Of a DNA stretch of 64,000 bases, positions 9,433-17,884 are shown piece after piece. The stretch lies in the IMG/VR virus record IMGVR_UViG_3300036970_000191, one strand, 5' to 3'. The notes below the pieces were generated by a model that saw only the letters and a program-made list of their open reading frames with translations, ran no database searches and had not been told where the DNA came from. A program made the translations under genes and the position numbers. Position 1 is the first letter of the stretch. Every line of letters starts with the position of its first letter. The DNA comes from an uncultured virus (IMG/VR IMGVR_UViG_3300036970_000191) (taxonomy: Duplodnaviria > Heunggongvirae > Uroviricota > Caudoviricetes).

Positions 9433-9739
9433 CATCAATGTTTACTGGGATAAGGAACCCGTGGAATTGGTTTTTCCTGAACGCTATGCTTTTGACAGTC
9501 TTCAAGGTGGAGAAATCCCCATGAACGTCAAGATTAAGCGCTCTGAACACCATCGCTTCTTGATGGTGAACAAGACCATGTTCAGACGTGGCCTTATTGT
9601 GGGTTCAACCTACATTCACCCCAACTACGAAGGTGACCTTTCCATCTATGTCCGCAACATCACAGCGCACATGGTTGAAGTCGATAAGGGCGAAGTGTTT
9701 GCCCACATTGTCACTGTGAAAAACATGCCAGATGCATAA
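9422..9739 (+). CDS. Degenerate dUTPase-fold protein
   Basis: GLIVGSTYIHPNYEGDLSIYVRN and VDKGEVFAHIV resemble trimeric dUTPase motifs 3 and 4; no motif 5. Confidence 0.6.
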   Translation: MWPDINVYWDKEPVELVFPERYAFDSLQGGEIPMNVKIKRSEHHRFLMVNKTMFRRGLIVGSTYIHPNYEGDLSIYVRNITAHMVEVDKGEVFAHIVTVKNMPDA

Positions 9740-9748
9740 ACCTTAACC

Positions 9749-9778
9749 CCCCTGATGGCCCGTACGGGCCATCAGGGG
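9749..9778. terminator. Perfect palindrome / terminator
   Basis: CCCCTGATGGCCCG-TA-CGGGCCATCAGGGG; T tract at about 9797-9804. Confidence 0.7.
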
Positions 9779-9802
9779 AATCTCGGTCTCATCACCTTTT
9801 TT

Positions 9803-10434
9803 TTATGCCAAAGGGCATAAACCCCAAACCCCACGACTAACGCTAGATCACGCTGGGTTTTAACCCATGAACCAGTCGAAAGGACCTGCGGTGAAAGCGC
9901 TGCATCATAGCTAACTTTCTGCAAGGATCACGGTCGATAGCGGCTCGTGTCGCTAGGGGGGTTTGGTTGCAGACCCCAGGAGAAGGGGTAGCGATAAACC
10001 TGCGGAGCTAAGGGCCCTACAGGCGCTCGAGTGTCCCCTATCCCACGCAGATGCAGTGCCTTTGCGATCAACCAAGTGGCAGCCTAGGTAGTGGTGGCGG
10101 CATGGTTGATCACGGGGAAGGCAGGGGTCGGGGTGTTTCACTCTCGCAAACCATAGGGGTAATCCTGTATTTTTTTACGGGGTCGGCCGCCATGAAGATC
10201 ACACGAGCACCCCCACCCTTCGGGAAACACCACCAGACGAACACGTAAAACTTCTGGTTTCCCTGGGGTGCAAGTTCCTGGTCGTTACGATCGCTGGATT
10301 CCAACCCTTCGGGGTAATCCCGATGGATTTTTCTTCCCCCTTGGGATTTTTGTTTGTTTTTTGATCAAAAATCGGGGTTAAAACGCCCGGTTGACCAGAG
10401 CCCCAAAGCGTCGGTCAAACCGAGGCGTTTTTTT
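9803..10434 (+). ncRNA. Candidate large structured non-coding RNA (about 630 nt)
   Basis: No credible ORF; many nested stems, long-range loop pairings, a C-UUCG-G tetraloop and a 3' hairpin with U tract. Confidence 0.5.
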
Positions 10435-10451
10435 GTTTCCCTTCCTTATGT

Positions 10452-10704
10452 CGCGTGCATGTGTGCACGCACGTTATTTACATTTGCGCGCATGCGCGCG
10501 CGTTTTTTAATTTATTTATTACGAAGTAATAAATAAATAAATTTATTAAAATAATAAATAAAATATAAAATTCTTACGAAGTAAGAATTAAATATATAAA
10601 AAAATAAATAAAAATATTTATAATTCTTACGAAGTAAGAATTAAATATAACGCGTGTGCGCGTGTGTGTGCGTGTACGTGCGTAAGCGCGCGCGTGCGCA
10701 CGCG
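10452..10704. other. Origin-like element: AT-rich core with three C-GAA-G hairpins flanked by alternating purine-pyrimidine tracts
   Basis: Palindromes at 10510-10538, 10569-10589 and 10621-10643; RY tracts at 10452-10474, 10485-10503, 10650-10684 and 10686-10704. The structure is directly seen; the function is inferred. Confidence 0.55.
10569..10649 (+). repeat. 28-nt direct repeat AATTCTTACGAAGTAAGAATTAAATATA x2
   Basis: Copies at 10569-10596 and 10622-10649. Confidence 0.9.
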
Positions 10705-10818
10705 GCATAAGGAAGGGGATCATGAGTCCGATGGGGTCATGGACCAGAAAATCCACCCTGTAAAAAAATACAGCGAATCCCTGTTATTTTGTGAGTCCAG
10801 CAACATCACAACCGCATC

Positions 10819-11643
10819 ATGAAAATCATTCGAGTCAAGACCAAGAACCAACGTGTCCTGTCCGAGCTTGGACAAGCCGTGTCCAAGTGGGCCCGTGTCG
10901 TACCCACGAACGTGTATTCTTTGGAATCCCAGCAACTGCAAGCCGTCGGAGCCATGCCTCGGTCTGACATCGTCGTGATCGACCCAAGAACCATCCGCCA
11001 GTCTGAACTGGCCAGCATCGTCGCCTCTGGCGAAGACGAGAACGCAGGACACGACCTGCTCGTCGTGAAGCACCCTGACGAATCCACCACCCAACGGATC
11101 GATCGCGAAGAACTCGAGGGCGTGCTCAAGGACTCTGGGTTCAACGTGTTCAACACGACCCAGGATGTCGTGAAGTACGTTGAGAACAAACGCGATGAGT
11201 TTCAGGACGAAACCTCTGGCAGCGTGGACACGGGTATTTCCAAGTCCCAAGCGGCCACGGAGTCTCATGGGTCTACCGAAGATGACCCTGAGTTCATCGA
11301 GAAGGTTTCCCGGATCGTTCATGAAACCTTGCGGTTTTACTGCCGGTTCATCGGGGATTACACCCTCCTGAGTTGGGATCGCTGTCCCGAGGATTCTCGT
11401 CAGAGCACGCTCGATGGCGTCTCGTATCACCTGCAAAACCCTAAATCCACCCCAGCGCAAAGCCACGAACGCTGGATGGCATTTAAAAAATCATCGGGTT
11501 GGTCCTATGGCAGTACCAAGGACGTGGTGAATAAACAACACCCGTGCATGGTGCCCTATGACGATCTTCCTGAGCAACAAAAACTCAAGGACATGCTGTT
11601 TTGCGTCCTGGTCAATCTGATTGCCCGTGAGTTTAAACCCTGA
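10819..11643 (+). CDS. RyR-domain protein
   Basis: C-terminal HERWMAFKKSSGWSYG...KQHPCMVPYDDLPEQQKLKD is the RyR repeat signature. Confidence 0.8.
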   Translation: MKIIRVKTKNQRVLSELGQAVSKWARVVPTNVYSLESQQLQAVGAMPRSDIVVIDPRTIRQSELASIVASGEDENAGHDLLVVKHPDESTTQRIDREELEGVLKDSGFNVFNTTQDVVKYVENKRDEFQDETSGSVDTGISKSQAATESHGSTEDDPEFIEKVSRIVHETLRFYCRFIGDYTLLSWDRCPEDSRQSTLDGVSYHLQNPKSTPAQSHERWMAFKKSSGWSYGSTKDVVNKQHPCMVPYDDLPEQQKLKDMLFCVLVNLIAREFKP

Positions 11644-11666
11644 TATTTATTTGGAGTAACCATCGC

Positions 11667-11975
11667 ATGTCGAGTAACAAAACAACCCAGAAATTGCTTC
11701 AGGACCATCTTGAAAAAAACCCGTTTCTCGTACTGTTCGAAAATGCCGAAGAATCGAAGGAAGAAACGATTGACCCTGTTCTTTCTCGCATGCAAGAAGA
11801 ACTTGCTGAAATCACCAAGCGGGTGCGGAAGCTGCATGCGTTTCGATCAGGGGCAAAGCCTGAGCACATCAGCCAAACCCAATGGGATTTGCTCCTGACC
11901 CAGCTACACGCCATGCGCATCTATCAAACCACGCTCATCACGCGTTGTCGCTTGTTTGGCAAGAACGACGACTGA
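11667..11975 (+). CDS. crAss001_48-like helical hairpin protein
   Basis: RMQEELAEITKRVRKLHAF...LLLTQLHAMRIYQTTLITR pattern. Confidence 0.6.
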   Translation: MSSNKTTQKLLQDHLEKNPFLVLFENAEESKEETIDPVLSRMQEELAEITKRVRKLHAFRSGAKPEHISQTQWDLLLTQLHAMRIYQTTLITRCRLFGKNDD

Positions 11976-12058
11976 CGTCGTCTGGGTATAGACCCCGTTA
12001 TTTTCTCCAGTGCTGATTTGTGTTTTGTATTCAAGTCACGCGCTGGAGCAAATAACCG

Positions 12059-12988
12059 ATGAAGCAGTATCACGACATCCTGACCAAGATCAAGACCCAA
12101 GGGGTCCATAAGTCTGACCGCACAGGGGTTGGCACCCTCAGTGTCTTTGGTCATATGACGCGTTATGACTTGTCAGAAGGGTTTCCCATACTCACCACCA
12201 AGTCCATTCATTTCCCCACGCTGGTCAATGAACTGCTTTGGTTCATTCGAGGCGACACCGATGTTAACTGGCTTAAAACGCGCAAGGTGAGCATTTGGGA
12301 TGAATGGGCTACCAAAGAGCAATGTGCACGCTTTAATCGCCCAGAAGGGCAGCTAGGGCCCGTATATGGCCATCAGTGGCGTAACTTTGGTGCCAGCATC
12401 ACCAACAGTGCAGAAGAAGCCCTTATGGTTTGTAAGCAGAACGCCGCAGATGGACGTCCCACGACCTACGCTCACTATCAAGTGGATGGCGTCCCGATGG
12501 TGTACTGCAATAACGGGTTTGACCAATTGACCTGGCTGATCAATGAAATCAAAACAAACCCGAATTCCAGACGGTTAATCCTCACCGGATGGAATCCAGC
12601 CGAAGCCAACCTTGTGGCGTTACCGCCATGCCATACGCTGTCTCAGTACAGTGTTACCGATGGAAAGTTGTCTTGTATGTTGTTTCAGCGCTCTGCCGAT
12701 ACATTCCTAGGCACGCCTTACAACATTGCAAGTTATGCCCTGCTGACACACCTCCTCTCCAAGGTGTGTGGATTGGGTGTGGGTGAGTTGGTCTATGTGA
12801 CCGCTGACACACACCTCTACAGCAACCACATGGAGCAGGTGGATGTGCAATTGTCTCGTGTACCCGACCAGTTGCCCATCCTAAAGCTTGATGCCGAGGT
12901 GAACGATTTGTATTCGTTCCAAGCCCATCATATCGTGCTCGATGGGTATCGACCTCAAGCGAAAATCCCTGCGCCTGTGGCGGTGTAA
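12059..12988 (+). CDS. thyA: Thymidylate synthase
   Basis: DRTGVGT, ELLWF, GPVYGHQWR, ALPPCH, QRSAD, PYNIASY and HLYSNH motifs; C-terminal PVAV. Confidence 0.97.
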   Translation: MKQYHDILTKIKTQGVHKSDRTGVGTLSVFGHMTRYDLSEGFPILTTKSIHFPTLVNELLWFIRGDTDVNWLKTRKVSIWDEWATKEQCARFNRPEGQLGPVYGHQWRNFGASITNSAEEALMVCKQNAADGRPTTYAHYQVDGVPMVYCNNGFDQLTWLINEIKTNPNSRRLILTGWNPAEANLVALPPCHTLSQYSVTDGKLSCMLFQRSADTFLGTPYNIASYALLTHLLSKVCGLGVGELVYVTADTHLYSNHMEQVDVQLSRVPDQLPILKLDAEVNDLYSFQAHHIVLDGYRPQAKIPAPVAV

Positions 12989-13023
12989 TCCAACAAACCC
13001 CACGGTTGGCTACCCTAGTCCCG

Positions 13024-13068
13024 TAACAGACTCTGTGGCCACACGGCCACAGAGTCTGTTATTTTTTT
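13024..13068 (+). terminator. Intrinsic terminator
   Basis: TAACAGACTCTGTGGCC/GGCCACAGAGTCTGTTA 17-bp stem followed by a T tract. Confidence 0.8.
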
Positions 13069-13114
13069 ATGCTTACTCACTATCAAGTGGATGAGTCATT
13101 TAAAGGAGAGTCTC

Positions 13115-13579
13115 ATGCCAAACCGAGGCATCATTCTTCTGCCTGCACCTGCTGACAGACGTTTTGCAGAGGCATGGAAGTTTCTATCTTCCATCGGCTT
13201 TGAACCCAGTAACCTATTGGTTCAGTTGTTTATTCAACGTGAACTGGGCAATGACCGTACCCACCATCAGGACAAAGTGGTGCATGACGTTTTGTTTTAC
13301 ATGCAACTGATGGACCATGATTACCGTACACATGGAGATGAGCTTACGGTTGATCAATGGAACCTTGCCAGAAACTGTCACATGGCTTTGGTGCTTGGCG
13401 ATCCATGTGTAGAGGACGTTGTGGGTTCTTTTGTTGAGATCGCATGGAATGCAATGACGTTTAATAACCTCTACATTCGCCACCTCAACACAGTGAATGC
13501 CTTTCACATCAAGAACAGTTACGAATGTTTCACGGTTCCCGCCGGAAGCATAGCCATTATGGTGGAGGCATTGCCATGA
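13115..13579 (+). CDS. Hypothetical protein
   Basis: AAGGAG RBS; promoter-like motif at about 13062-13090. Confidence 0.7.
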   Translation: MPNRGIILLPAPADRRFAEAWKFLSSIGFEPSNLLVQLFIQRELGNDRTHHQDKVVHDVLFYMQLMDHDYRTHGDELTVDQWNLARNCHMALVLGDPCVEDVVGSFVEIAWNAMTFNNLYIRHLNTVNAFHIKNSYECFTVPAGSIAIMVEALP

Positions 13580-14148
13580 ATCAAAAAGGTTTCTGTGCCG
13601 AGCTTATCATCGCATTACCGCCAAGGCAAAGTAACGATTCGGTGCTACACAAAAACATCGAGAAGTTCTATGCCGCCAAGGAGATATACGACTTTTTGTT
13701 CCCAGGGTTTGAGCTAGAGCTGCTTTACTACCTGGTGTTCAAAGACATGATGACGCCCGATCAATTGCTTTGTTACATGGCAGATTCGCTGCAAAGCATC
13801 TTCGATGAAATCTTGGAGACGCCAAGTGAAGATTTGTTGGCCCCTGTGGGCTGTAGCGCCAATGACATTAGCCTGATCGAAAAGATCTCCAGCGGCGAGT
13901 TATGCGCCTATAACGTCCTGGATGATTTCATTGAGTCACTGGAGGTGTTCTACCGTAACCTTTTCATCGACTTAAACTTCGACCTCTACTCGGTCTCCTG
14001 GGAGACTGACGAAGAACAGGGAATCATACGGTACAACATTCCTGAGGTTTATAGCCCCATGTCTGATACAGGCGATAAACCCAAATCATCACCCTATCTG
14101 TACCGCTGGCTTAGTCGCCAGCGGTACAGACAAGTGTCTCGTTTTTAG
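13576..14148 (+). CDS. Hypothetical acidic protein
   Basis: GGAGG RBS; ATGA overlap with the upstream gene. Confidence 0.7.
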   Translation: MNQKGFCAELIIALPPRQSNDSVLHKNIEKFYAAKEIYDFLFPGFELELLYYLVFKDMMTPDQLLCYMADSLQSIFDEILETPSEDLLAPVGCSANDISLIEKISSGELCAYNVLDDFIESLEVFYRNLFIDLNFDLYSVSWETDEEQGIIRYNIPEVYSPMSDTGDKPKSSPYLYRWLSRQRYRQVSRF

Positions 14149-14969
14149 TAGCGTCCACCCAAAGCCAGTTTTATGAGCTTTGAGGTGGTGTTGAAGTCAC
14201 CAAGCCTGGTCATGCCCTGCCAGGTTTCTTCAAAGTACGTGTCGTAGTTCTCTTGGGCATCAGAATAGCCTTCAACGACACTGCGATAAGCACCCAGTTC
14301 CTGACCGGCTTGCAACACGCCCTGATCCATCGTGATGACGTTTCTGTTGTAGACATCCGCCTTCACGGCGTATTCACACAGCTTACCAAACGCGCGGTAC
14401 ATCGTCTTTGGGATGTGTCCGTAGTCTTCAGGGTTTTCAAGCCAGCAACGCAGGAACATACGAGGAGGCAAAGAAATGTTGTCGAGCACCAGGACCTGGT
14501 TTTCCCCCACCAAGGTTGCTCTGGCGGTTGAAGTCAAGGGAATGGCCGTGTTTGACCACCACAGACCAGCCATGGTTTTCCCCATGAAATCGCCGTTTGG
14601 ATTGGCAGCAAAGTTCATGTTCGGCGTGGCCAGTCCATAACTGATCGACAGGACTGAAACGATGGAACGGTTGTTGGTTTTCTCTTTGGGAATTGTATAC
14701 ACCGCAGAGAAAGAATCGATCATCTCCCGATCGGCGTATTCAAGTTCAATCACCGATTCTGTTCCACCAATCAAGTTGCTGTCGGTGACCACAACCGGAA
14801 AGATGACCTTTGAACGAATCTGATCGTCCAGAGACGTTGGTCCTCGGTAACGGCCATCAAAGCTTGACAGGTAAGTGGCTTCTAGAATCTGAATGGGGAT
14901 GTAGCGTTTGACGTAAGTCAACGCGTAGGAAACCGGATTGTCCACGACGAAAACTCCTTGGTTTGACAA
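14145..14969 (-). CDS. Conserved phiKZ-like protein (probably virion-associated)
   Basis: Lone minus-strand gene at a conserved position; YALTYVKRYIPIQILE and AVKADVYN motifs recalled from phiKZ-like phages. Confidence 0.65.
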   Translation of the reverse strand: MSNQGVFVVDNPVSYALTYVKRYIPIQILEATYLSSFDGRYRGPTSLDDQIRSKVIFPVVVTDSNLIGGTESVIELEYADREMIDSFSAVYTIPKEKTNNRSIVSVLSISYGLATPNMNFAANPNGDFMGKTMAGLWWSNTAIPLTSTARATLVGENQVLVLDNISLPPRMFLRCWLENPEDYGHIPKTMYRAFGKLCEYAVKADVYNRNVITMDQGVLQAGQELGAYRSVVEGYSDAQENYDTYFEETWQGMTRLGDFNTTSKLIKLALGGRY

Positions 14970-15028
14970 AAAACCGAAGCGATGTTAAAAAGTTCCACAC
15001 GTCTTCATGCTTTGTATAGGAGGGACGT

Positions 15029-15430
15029 ATGTTTCTAATCGCAATCGATGGTAGGGGTGTGTTAGAACCGCTCTATAGCATGTTTCATGGTCAAGAGCAT
15101 TACATTCCCCTTTACCTTGAACATAGGATCAGTCTGGTCAGTAACCTGCCCTTTAAACCCAGGGTAGAAAGATTACCCGAGCATTTGCTGGGCTTTGACC
15201 AGTTTGATACGCGCCTTTTTTCCCTGTACCGAAACAGCATCATGGCCGTCTGGTTTGATGCCGAATGCCAGATCTCGGTACACAACAACGACATTTTTGT
15301 CCACGTGGACACGGAGTACCCGTATGGATTACAAGCGCGTCATTTTACCCACGGGAATGTACACACGTGCCATGGCTTCGCGTTATCGCCAAAGGCTAGG
15401 CATCCGACAGGCTCAGCCAGTCAACGATGA
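15029..15430 (+). CDS. Hypothetical protein
   Basis: AGGAGG RBS. Confidence 0.6.
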   Translation: MFLIAIDGRGVLEPLYSMFHGQEHYIPLYLEHRISLVSNLPFKPRVERLPEHLLGFDQFDTRLFSLYRNSIMAVWFDAECQISVHNNDIFVHVDTEYPYGLQARHFTHGNVHTCHGFALSPKARHPTGSASQR

Positions 15431-15827
15431 GTGGTCGAGTCGCTTTAATGAGATCGCCTGCTATATGGTGCATGAACACCTCAAGCACTATCAGGCCTGG
15501 AACGGTCCGACCATTTCCTACACCCATTACGTCGCTGGAATCTTTGGCCACGAACCTCTTGAAGAAGCGCTTTTGTTCGACCTCTTACAGGAACTTGATT
15601 ATGAGATCCTGTTTTTCGTCAAGAAGTTCTTTAGACACAGCTCGCCGTGGACCATCTGGCATGCCAGCTTGTTAAATGGCGATGTACTGATTGAACCCAT
15701 CGGTGATTATCGCGCCATCTGTTGGGAGCTGGAAAATCCCGATTGGTCAGCGGAGGCAACGGTATGGAGCGAAACAGAGGTTATGGCCAAAGCGATCGAG
15801 AACATCTCAAGAAACGGTTATACCTAA
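15324..15827 (+). CDS. Hypothetical phiKZ-like protein
   Basis: GGAG then ATG 15324; W..W...GDYRAI.WE motif. Confidence 0.6.
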   Translation: MDYKRVILPTGMYTRAMASRYRQRLGIRQAQPVNDEWSSRFNEIACYMVHEHLKHYQAWNGPTISYTHYVAGIFGHEPLEEALLFDLLQELDYEILFFVKKFFRHSSPWTIWHASLLNGDVLIEPIGDYRAICWELENPDWSAEATVWSETEVMAKAIENISRNGYT

Positions 15828-16741
15828 ACGCCAACACACTGTTTTTTAAACTACATGGCCTTTTGCCAGACAGTGGGTATCACAGTGTCATGGTGACGGA
15901 TGTGGTCATGTTTGCGTTCACAGGTTACCTTAACCCAAGGTGTCTTCTACTGCGTGCTTTGCAGGAGGAGTACGGGCATGAATTGGCTTACGGACACATC
16001 GACCAGGCGGCTTGTCTTTTTGAAAAGGTCCTTGGTTACGCATTACCCAAGTGGAAAGATTGGCAACTAGAGTCAATCGTCATCACAAGCGATGGAGACA
16101 TCCAATTGGACGTTTATCAAACCCAAAGCGAACACCGCAGTGCATCGACCAGACTGCGACTGTCACGGGCGTTTAATGTCGCCAACCACGACCCTCTTGA
16201 GAGAAACCGGAATCGATACGAGGTTGCTCGACAAACATTTTGCTTCGATCTCACCGCGTTTCTAGAGCAACACCGAAGCGAGTCTATCATTGGCCTAACC
16301 TCGCAAGGCATCTCGTTTGAAGACCTTCTAAGGGGAGCCACTCGCCTGTGTTTGATTTACGAACAAAGCGATCTTAGGAACCATGTGATCAGTAGCGACT
16401 TCACGCCTTCTGATTTTCTGGAGGTTTATGCCAAACCCAGGGCGAACAACCCTTCGATCAGCAGTTCGTTGGAAAACAGCATTTTTGAACACTACGTTCA
16501 TTTGGCGATCAGCATGGCCAACTGTTACTACTGGATCTTCAGACGGCTCATTGCGGTCATGCAAATCACCGATGAAATGTTGGCATCCGCTCTTGTGAGG
16601 GTGAGTTTTGAACTCAAGGCCATTGAAGAGGAACTGGCCTATTGTGACGTGATCCGACTCGAATGGGCCGACAATTACGGAGGATACAACGATGCGTCGT
16701 TTCACCAAGACACTCGATTGTTTCGGAGTAATCAACTTTGA
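15722..16741 (+). CDS. Hypothetical protein (start uncertain)
   Basis: Long ORF in a tightly packed cluster. Confidence 0.6.
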   Translation: MGAGKSRLVSGGNGMERNRGYGQSDREHLKKRLYLNANTLFFKLHGLLPDSGYHSVMVTDVVMFAFTGYLNPRCLLLRALQEEYGHELAYGHIDQAACLFEKVLGYALPKWKDWQLESIVITSDGDIQLDVYQTQSEHRSASTRLRLSRAFNVANHDPLERNRNRYEVARQTFCFDLTAFLEQHRSESIIGLTSQGISFEDLLRGATRLCLIYEQSDLRNHVISSDFTPSDFLEVYAKPRANNPSISSSLENSIFEHYVHLAISMANCYYWIFRRLIAVMQITDEMLASALVRVSFELKAIEEELAYCDVIRLEWADNYGGYNDASFHQDTRLFRSNQL

Positions 16742-17132
16742 AGAACTGGTCTCTGAGGCAAAGCCGGTACGGGGGCAGATTGCATTTTTGCTCGAGTGCC
16801 CCTTTGACAAACCCAGCATTCTTTCGCGTTACAATGCAATTGATTGTATGATCTGCCCAAACACCTGGGTAGAGGTCGTGCTAAGCGACCTCTTAAATTG
16901 CAGTGAGGAGGGTTTTTACCTCATGGCAAATGATCACAATCCAACGGCCGAAGACTTTGAAAGCATGTTTTCGTTTTACCAAGTCCTTCGGGATTACTTT
17001 TACCACCACCGATTGCCAGAGTTTCTGCTCTATGACATTGATGTTGATCTACATCAATATTTCTGGAATGAAAATGGCTACCTTGTGGTTGCCTACGTGG
17101 ATGTGAACCATGGCCACCCACTATGCCATTGA
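16692..17132 (+). CDS. Hypothetical acidic protein
   Basis: GGAGG RBS. Confidence 0.65.
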   Translation: MRRFTKTLDCFGVINFEELVSEAKPVRGQIAFLLECPFDKPSILSRYNAIDCMICPNTWVEVVLSDLLNCSEEGFYLMANDHNPTAEDFESMFSFYQVLRDYFYHHRLPEFLLYDIDVDLHQYFWNENGYLVVAYVDVNHGHPLCH

Positions 17133-17436
17133 CGGTCGTTTCTTCATCACCATGCCCAGGGAGATTGTAAGCTGGCTTGTTTATAATCTTTATGCCCTGT
17201 CAAAGGTCAACTTCGATTTGCACGAGATTGACACCGACCTCATGGTGATCGAGGAATACGACGTTCAACTCATCGACCAATGTTTGTGTTTTCTGTTTGA
17301 AATCACAAACCGTCAAAACGGACTCTATCGTCTGAAAGAGATCCAAAACTCAATCGACTTTATTCTTGAAGTCACTGATCCCAAGGAGACCTTAGATGAA
17401 CCCGACTGGTCAGGGATACCGCATTGCTATTATTGA
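17110..17436 (+). CDS. Hypothetical acidic protein
   Basis: Overlapping operon context. Confidence 0.6.
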   Translation: MATHYAIDGRFFITMPREIVSWLVYNLYALSKVNFDLHEIDTDLMVIEEYDVQLIDQCLCFLFEITNRQNGLYRLKEIQNSIDFILEVTDPKETLDEPDWSGIPHCYY

Positions 17437-17884
17437 CGTGTCGCATCGCGTCATCGCGTTATACGAAGCTTTTGCGTGCCTGAGTGAATCCAAATACAGC
17501 GTTGAAGAGGCCATCGGCATTTTGTTTGCTTGCGCCACTCAGCCAGATCGCATTCATGAACATGTCAAAAACTTTGTGGAAGAAAATGCCTGCTTGCTCG
17601 ACGAGGAAAACAATCCTCTCAACTCCGAGTACGCGATCACAAACCTGTACAAAGCGGTCGCCGTGTTTTGTATGACTTTGGTCACAGAACTCGACCGCTT
17701 AGGATTATGGAGCCCAGGTGATGAACCCGATCAATGGGTATTCTCCGACGTCATGCACGACTACAGCCTTAGGATCAAACGGACCACGTCCCAGTTTTAC
17801 CTTGACCAATCGCAGGTCAGCTCGCCTGGTTCTCGGAGACCGCCTACTTTTAATGGACCTGGCGGATTTAAACCGAATTTTTAA
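17396..17884 (+). CDS. Hypothetical protein
   Basis: AAGGAG RBS. Confidence 0.65.
   Translation: MNPTGQGYRIAIIDVSHRVIALYEAFACLSESKYSVEEAIGILFACATQPDRIHEHVKNFVEENACLLDEENNPLNSEYAITNLYKAVAVFCMTLVTELDRLGLWSPGDEPDQWVFSDVMHDYSLRIKRTTSQFYLDQSQVSSPGSRRPPTFNGPGGFKPNF

Noticed and set aside
9803..10434. tmRNA, RNase P RNA, tRNA or group II intron identity for the structured region
   Set aside because: No T-arm/CCA end, no GAGGAAAGUCC-type P4 motif and no domain V found by eye on either strand; an Rfam search is still needed.
10510..10649. Regularly spaced palindromic repeats as a mini CRISPR array
   Set aside because: Only two exact copies and one variant; the spacers are pure A/T low-complexity sequence; no cas genes are present.
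9953..10756. Short ORFs in the non-coding locus (9953-10141, 10051-10248, 10110-10304, 10354-10536, 10574-10756)
   Set aside because: No clear RBS, they overlap one another, and they translate structured or dinucleotide-repeat DNA.
12390..12520. Insertion in ThyA between WRNF and DQ as an intron or intein
   Set aside because: About 35 aa, in frame, in a known variable loop, with no splicing motifs.
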